28,374 nt of DNA from Clostridia bacterium. GTDB taxonomy: Bacteria; Bacillota; Clostridia; Oscillospirales; CAG-272. The stretch lies in NCBI GenBank assembly GCA_017624795.1, contig JAGAMJ010000052.1, forward strand, positions 1 to 28,374, given 5' to 3'. Made by a program: the position numbers and the translations under genes. Each line of letters starts with the position of its first letter. Position 1 is the first letter of the stretch. Shown one piece after another: positions 24,160 to 28,374 of this stretch. Under the pieces are notes generated by a model. That model was not told the origin of the DNA. It searched no databases and saw only the letters and a list, made by a program, of their open reading frames with translations.

Positions 24160-24176
24160 AAAAAAGGAGGGCTTTT

Positions 24177-25286
24177 ATGAGCAACATATTCGACTACCTC
24201 GCCTGGCGAGGCGACCTCTCCTTTGGCAACGCGCCGCTTTGCCCCGTGGACGCGCTGATCTTTTCGATGCTGCCCTACATACGCTTGGAGGACTTCGTGC
24301 CGTCCTCGGCACGCGGAGAACCCGTACGTCTTGCGGACGCGGCAAGCGCATATTTCGCAAACCCACCCAAAAAAGTCAACCCCGACGTCAATCACGCAAA
24401 GCTGTTGCAGCTCCTTGCCGAAGCCCCGCGCTTCGCGCCGCTGCGTCTGCTCGCGGCACAAAAGGAGGTCGATCCCAAAAGCGTGATGCAGTTTGCGGCG
24501 ATCACCGTGCTGCTGCCGGGGCAAAATCTGTTCGTCGCCTTTGAGGGCACCGACGACACCCTGATCGGCTGGCAAGAGGACTTCCGTATGAGCTATGAAT
24601 GTCCCGTCCCCGCCCAGCTGCGCGCGGCGGAATACCTGCGCGCGGTGGCAGCCGCACACCCGTTGCGCCGCATCTTTGTCGGGGGACACTCCAAGGGCGG
24701 CAATCTTGCTATGTACGCGGCGGTCCACTGCGGCCCCGAATACCGTCACCGCATCCGCGCCATTTACAACAACGACGGCCCCGGCTTTTGCGACGATACC
24801 ATCGCCTCGCCCGAATACACCGAGCTGCGCAGCCGTATCCACACTTATTTGCCCGAATCCTCGATTGTGGCGGTGCTGTTGGAGCACGACAACAATTACA
24901 AGATCGTGAAAAGCGCCGCCGTGGGGCTTTTTCAGCACGATGCTTATTCCTGGCAGATACGCGGTGCCGATTTTGAGTACACCGACCGGCGCACCGCCTT
25001 CGGACAAGAAACAGAGGCGATCGTCGATCGCTTCGTTAGCGAGCTGAGCCCCGAGCGCAAGCGGCAGTTTGGCGAGGCATTATTCGCGATCCTTCAAAGC
25101 ACCGAGCAGGAAACCGTTTCGGGCATCACGGGCAACAAGCTGCAAAGCTTCCGCCGTATTTTGTCCTCTTACGCCGACCTTGATCCCAAGGTACGCAGCG
25201 TCCTCAACGATTCCTTTTCGGCACTCAACCGTTTTCGCAAGGACGTACGCAAGGGGCGGCTGCCGAACACAGAAAAATCTTCTTGA
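24177..25286 (+). CDS. DUF2974 family alpha/beta hydrolase (369 aa)
   Basis: AAGGAGG SD. MSNIFDYL.WRGDLSF......VD.LI.S.L.Y, QFAAIT, F.GTDDTL.GW.EDF, nucleophile elbow GGHSKGGNLA, DGPGF, P.SSIV..L, QHD..SW. Confidence 0.92.
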   Translation: MSNIFDYLAWRGDLSFGNAPLCPVDALIFSMLPYIRLEDFVPSSARGEPVRLADAASAYFANPPKKVNPDVNHAKLLQLLAEAPRFAPLRLLAAQKEVDPKSVMQFAAITVLLPGQNLFVAFEGTDDTLIGWQEDFRMSYECPVPAQLRAAEYLRAVAAAHPLRRIFVGGHSKGGNLAMYAAVHCGPEYRHRIRAIYNNDGPGFCDDTIASPEYTELRSRIHTYLPESSIVAVLLEHDNNYKIVKSAAVGLFQHDAYSWQIRGADFEYTDRRTAFGQETEAIVDRFVSELSPERKRQFGEALFAILQSTEQETVSGITGNKLQSFRRILSSYADLDPKVRSVLNDSFSALNRFRKDVRKGRLPNTEKSS

Positions 25287-25350
25287 TCTCATTCACCCAC
25301 GCGAAAAACAGGGTATATTAAGGATGACAGAAAATAAAAGGAGTAACTAA

Positions 25351-26079
25351 ATGGAGCCCTTGATCACCGCTTGTATGCGGCTTTACGATATGGCTTTCCC
25401 CGGTGAGCCGGAAGCATTCACACGGGCGATGTTTGATCGCTACGCCCAAGATCACCTGCGCGTGATCTGCGAGGACGGGGAGCCGATCTCGATGCTTTTT
25501 TCGATACCGTATCCCATCATAACGAAAAACGGCACGGTGGACGCGCGCTACCTTTACGCCGTCGCAACGCACCCCGACCACAGAGGAAAGGGGCTTGCAA
25601 AGCAGTTGCTTTTGCAGGAAGCCGCAGAGCACCCTGCCTTTCTGCGCCCGATGTCGCAAAGTCTTTTCGACTATTACGGCAAGGTGGGCTTTGTCCCATT
25701 TTCACCGATCGAAATCGAAGCAGGAGCTGCCGATGCTCCAAGCGGCGCGGAGCGTCTGCTGTCCCCTGCGGAATTTTTGGCACTGCGTGACCGCCTCGCA
25801 CCCTTCCCCCACTGCCGCCCGACCGAGCAATTTCTCTCGCTTTACGAAAACGGCGGCGGCACGGTGGCACACGGGGAGGACGCCGTAGCGCTCTTTGAGC
25901 AAGCAAAGGGCGGTGTTCTTTTCAAGGAATATTGGGGAAACCCCGTTTTCGCACCCCGTTTGGCGGCTTTTTTGGGCGGAACGCGCTTTGAGCTGCGTCG
26001 CTTTTCACAAAGCGGAACCTGCTTTGGCGTTGGCATCGGTGTCCCACAGGGCACCGCGTTCCTTGCGGCGCTGGACTGA
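25351..26079 (+). CDS. GNAT family N-acetyltransferase (242 aa)
   Basis: AAGGAG SD. LY..AF, YLYAVATHPDHRGKGLA (acetyl-CoA motif A), L.P....LF.YY.K.GF. Confidence 0.88.
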   Translation: MEPLITACMRLYDMAFPGEPEAFTRAMFDRYAQDHLRVICEDGEPISMLFSIPYPIITKNGTVDARYLYAVATHPDHRGKGLAKQLLLQEAAEHPAFLRPMSQSLFDYYGKVGFVPFSPIEIEAGAADAPSGAERLLSPAEFLALRDRLAPFPHCRPTEQFLSLYENGGGTVAHGEDAVALFEQAKGGVLFKEYWGNPVFAPRLAAFLGGTRFELRRFSQSGTCFGVGIGVPQGTAFLAALD

Positions 26080-26115
26080 CTTTTAACACGGAATTTTGAG
26101 AAAGGAGGGCTCGAA

Positions 26116-27339
26116 ATGGGCACTGACCGCGTAATATTGCACTGTGACTGCAACGGCTTTTTTGCCTCGGTGGAAACCCTGATCGAGCCGTCGCTTGCAA
26201 GCTTCCCTATGGTCGTCACGGGCGATCCCGAAAGCCGCCACGGCATCATACTTGCTAAAAACGAAAAGGCAAAGGCATACGGCATACAGACCGCTGAAAC
26301 CATCTGGCAAGCCAAGCAAAAATGCCCGAACCTTGTCTGCGTGTTGCCCCACCGTGGGGCTTATTCCGAGATCTCAAAGCGCGTGAACGCGATCTATCTC
26401 GATTACACCGACCTTGTCGATCCCTTTGGCATCGACGAATCCTTTCTTGACGTAACGGGCAGTATGCGACTGTTCGGCAAGTCACCAAAGGAGCTTGCCG
26501 ACACCATTCGCGAGCGCGTGAAGCGCGAGATCGGCATCACCATTTCGGTTGGCGTCAGCTTTTGCCGCGTATTCGCAAAGCTTGGCAGCGACTATAAAAA
26601 GCCCGATGCCACCACCGTCATTGACCGTGAAAATTACCGCGCCGTGGCATATCCTCTGCCCGTTTCTGCCCTTTTGTTTGCGGGCAAGCGTACCACGGAA
26701 GCGCTTGCGAAAATGGGGATCCTGACCATCGGCGATCTTGCCGCGGCTGACCGCGCAACGCTGACGAGGCGTCTTGGCGAGGCAGGCGACACCCTTTGGC
26801 GCTACGCGAGCGGCCTTGACGACGAGCCCGTCCGCTCCTATTATGACCGCCCCGCACCCAAATCGGTGGGCAACGGTATGACCTTTCGCCGTGACATCGC
26901 GGGTGTGGACGAGATCCGCGCGGGCGTGCAGGCGCTATCCGATTCGGTCGCGGCACGACTCCGCGACGCCGACCGCAAATGCACCGTGATACAGGTGCAG
27001 ATCAAGGACCCGAATTTCCATACCGTTCAGCGGCAGACCACGCTGCGCCGCGCAACCTGGCTCCAACAGGAGCTCTCCGAGCACGCCATGGAGTTGATCC
27101 GAGCGGCGGTGGGCTTTGGCGCAAGCATTCGCGCCATCACGATCACCGCGGCGGGGCTTGTTGACTCGGGCGAGAGCGAGGAGCAGCTGGATATCTTTTC
27201 CACCCCGGAAAAGTCAAACGGCAAGCAGGAATCGGTCGAAAAAACGATGGCGGATATCCGCGGCAAGCACGGGCACGCCAGCATTCGCCTTGGGTGCTAC
27301 GAGAACACCGAGATCGGCACAGGCCATCAAAAGGATTAA
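26116..27339 (+). CDS. dinB: DNA polymerase IV (Y family, 407 aa)
   Basis: RVILHCDCN.FFASVE, RHGIILAKN..AK.YGI.TAE, FGIDESFLDVT, SVGVSF....AKLGSDYKKPD, KSVGNG.TF..D. Confidence 0.95.
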   Translation: MGTDRVILHCDCNGFFASVETLIEPSLASFPMVVTGDPESRHGIILAKNEKAKAYGIQTAETIWQAKQKCPNLVCVLPHRGAYSEISKRVNAIYLDYTDLVDPFGIDESFLDVTGSMRLFGKSPKELADTIRERVKREIGITISVGVSFCRVFAKLGSDYKKPDATTVIDRENYRAVAYPLPVSALLFAGKRTTEALAKMGILTIGDLAAADRATLTRRLGEAGDTLWRYASGLDDEPVRSYYDRPAPKSVGNGMTFRRDIAGVDEIRAGVQALSDSVAARLRDADRKCTVIQVQIKDPNFHTVQRQTTLRRATWLQQELSEHAMELIRAAVGFGASIRAITITAAGLVDSGESEEQLDIFSTPEKSNGKQESVEKTMADIRGKHGHASIRLGCYENTEIGTGHQKD

Positions 27340-27350
27340 GATCTTAACAA

Positions 27351-27390
27351 AAAAACGGCTCTCGCAACTGTATTTGCGAGAGCCGTTTTT
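27351..27390. terminator. Bidirectional terminator between dinB and pnuC
   Basis: 17-bp arms aaaaacggctctcgcaa / ttgcgagagccgttttt. Confidence 0.88.
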
Positions 27391-27401
27391 CACTATCAGC
27401 T

Positions 27402-28088
27402 TTATTCTTCACTCTGTCTTTTCTTCATCGTGCACCAATTGATAAACGCATAAATATCGTTTGCAAGGAACGCCACAAAACAGATCACCACCGAAAGGTA
27501 GGAAAGATCACGAATCGCGGCAAGCACCCAAAGCACGATCAGCACGACATCGTTGGCGCCATAGCACAGCGCGTAATAGGGACTGCGGCGAGCGCACAGA
27601 TACACCGCCGTGAAGCTGGTGGCGACCGACAGTGTGCTTGGGATCAGGTTTGCCGTTCCAAACACCTTCAAAATGAAGTAAAACCCGACCGTTATGCCGA
27701 CCGTCAGTACCCCCAACAAAAGGTATTCCTTGCCGTGGACCTCGCCCACCTCGACCTCGGCGCGACGTTCCTTGTGCGGGTGGCGCAGCCAAGCAACGAG
27801 GGAAAGCACCGACATCGGCATCGTCATGCCGAGATAGGTGATCATTTCCCCATAATAGGCAAAGGAAAAGGAAATGATGCTGTATATCACGCTGAACACG
27901 ACCGAAAGCGCCATACCAAGCGGATTGCCCTTGGCGCAAAGGATCAACGAGCTGACACCGATCAGTGAGCCGATCAGCGACAGATATCCCGTTTGCTCAA
28001 AGCAGAAAAAGGATATTGAGATCGCCAGCACCGATGCGCCCCAAAGGCAAAGCTCAACGGCGGAAAAATAGTTCAGTATACGCTTCAT
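27402..28088 (-). CDS. pnuC: PnuC family nicotinamide riboside / vitamin-nucleoside transporter (228 aa)
   Basis: Multi-TM protein with S.IGV..LI..AKGN..G, YGE.ITY.GM..PM.....W, STLS...SF.A.YL..RRS, Y..ND.VLI.LW, ND.Y.F..W. Confidence 0.85.
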   Translation of the reverse strand: MKRILNYFSAVELCLWGASVLAISISFFCFEQTGYLSLIGSLIGVSSLILCAKGNPLGMALSVVFSVIYSIISFSFAYYGEMITYLGMTMPMSVLSLVAWLRHPHKERRAEVEVGEVHGKEYLLLGVLTVGITVGFYFILKVFGTANLIPSTLSVATSFTAVYLCARRSPYYALCYGANDVVLIVLWVLAAIRDLSYLSVVICFVAFLANDIYAFINWCTMKKRQSEE

Positions 28089-28125
28089 AAAGCTTACTCC
28101 GTGAAAAATATGATCAACGCAACAG

Positions 28126-28214
28126 ATTATAACACAGCCCCCCTTTCAAAGTCAACACCAAAAAAGCGCAAAAAAGCGAAAACGGTTGCAAAATTTGCGT
28201 TAATATGCTATAAT
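28126..28214. promoter_or_regulatory. Divergent sigmaA promoters (pnuC on -, PNPOx-like gene on +)
   Basis: Minus: TTGACT (28155-28150)-18-TATAAT (28131-28126). Plus: TTGCAA (28186-28191)-17-TATAAT (28209-28214). Both have an extended TG. Confidence 0.7.
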
Positions 28215-28240
28215 CGGTATAGTAAAAAAGGAGGTGCCGT

Positions 28241-28374
28241 ATGAAAAAAGGAATCACACGCAGAGAGCGCGAGGTCACGGATACAAATGAGATCCTCGGC
28301 ATTCTGGACAGAGCAAAGATCGTTCACGTCGGCATGATCGATGGGGACAGCCCCTACGTTGTGCCGATGAATTA
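28241..28374 (+). CDS. Pyridoxamine 5'-phosphate oxidase-like flavin-binding protein (NimA-like), 5' fragment
   Basis: Not in the ORF track. AAGGAGGTG SD. MKKGITRREREVTDTNEILGILDRAKIVHVGMIDGDSPYVVPMN matches the R.ERE..D...I..IL.....G......PYVVP.N start of this family. Confidence 0.82.
   Translation, partial: MKKGITRREREVTDTNEILGILDRAKIVHVGMIDGDSPYVVPMN

Noticed and set aside
28099-28118. Rex or CRP-type box upstream of pnuC
   Set aside because: Too many mismatches to TTGTGAA-N4-TTCACAA and TGTGA-N6-TCACA.
1-28374. CRISPR array, IS/transposase, integrase, prophage, rRNA, tRNA, defence system
   Set aside because: No regularly spaced direct repeats, terminal inverted repeats with a transposase, recombinase motifs, or rRNA/tRNA signatures were seen on either strand.

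Overview
A 28.4-kb chromosomal window from a moderately GC-rich Clostridia (Bacillota) genome, made up mostly of housekeeping genes. No mobile element, CRISPR array, rRNA or tRNA is visible. Its core is an ~11-kb minus-strand superoperon: yloC-remA-gmk-rpoZ-priA-def-fmt-Zn peptidase-rsmB-rlmN-[53-aa peptide]-rsgA-thiN. Flanking genes include two secreted proteins of unknown function, comM, DUF1292, a WG-repeat protein, prfC, mscS, asnB/asnO, efp, a CD1247-like gene, tcdA, a DUF2974-GNAT-dinB unit, pnuC and a partial PNPOx/NimA-like gene. The best signals lie below the ORF-track cutoff. (1) A probable sporulation mini-operon encodes a 56-aa two-TM peptide and a 26-aa SpoVM homologue, divergent from asnO across sigmaE/K-like boxes. 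(2) A 53-aa basic single-TM peptide sits where prpC-prkC usually lie. (3) There is a probable 6S RNA. (4) A LexA-like box lies at the DUF2974-GNAT-dinB promoter. (5) A ~190-nt multi-hairpin intergenic element follows tcdA. Family names come from motif recognition by eye; no database search was run.
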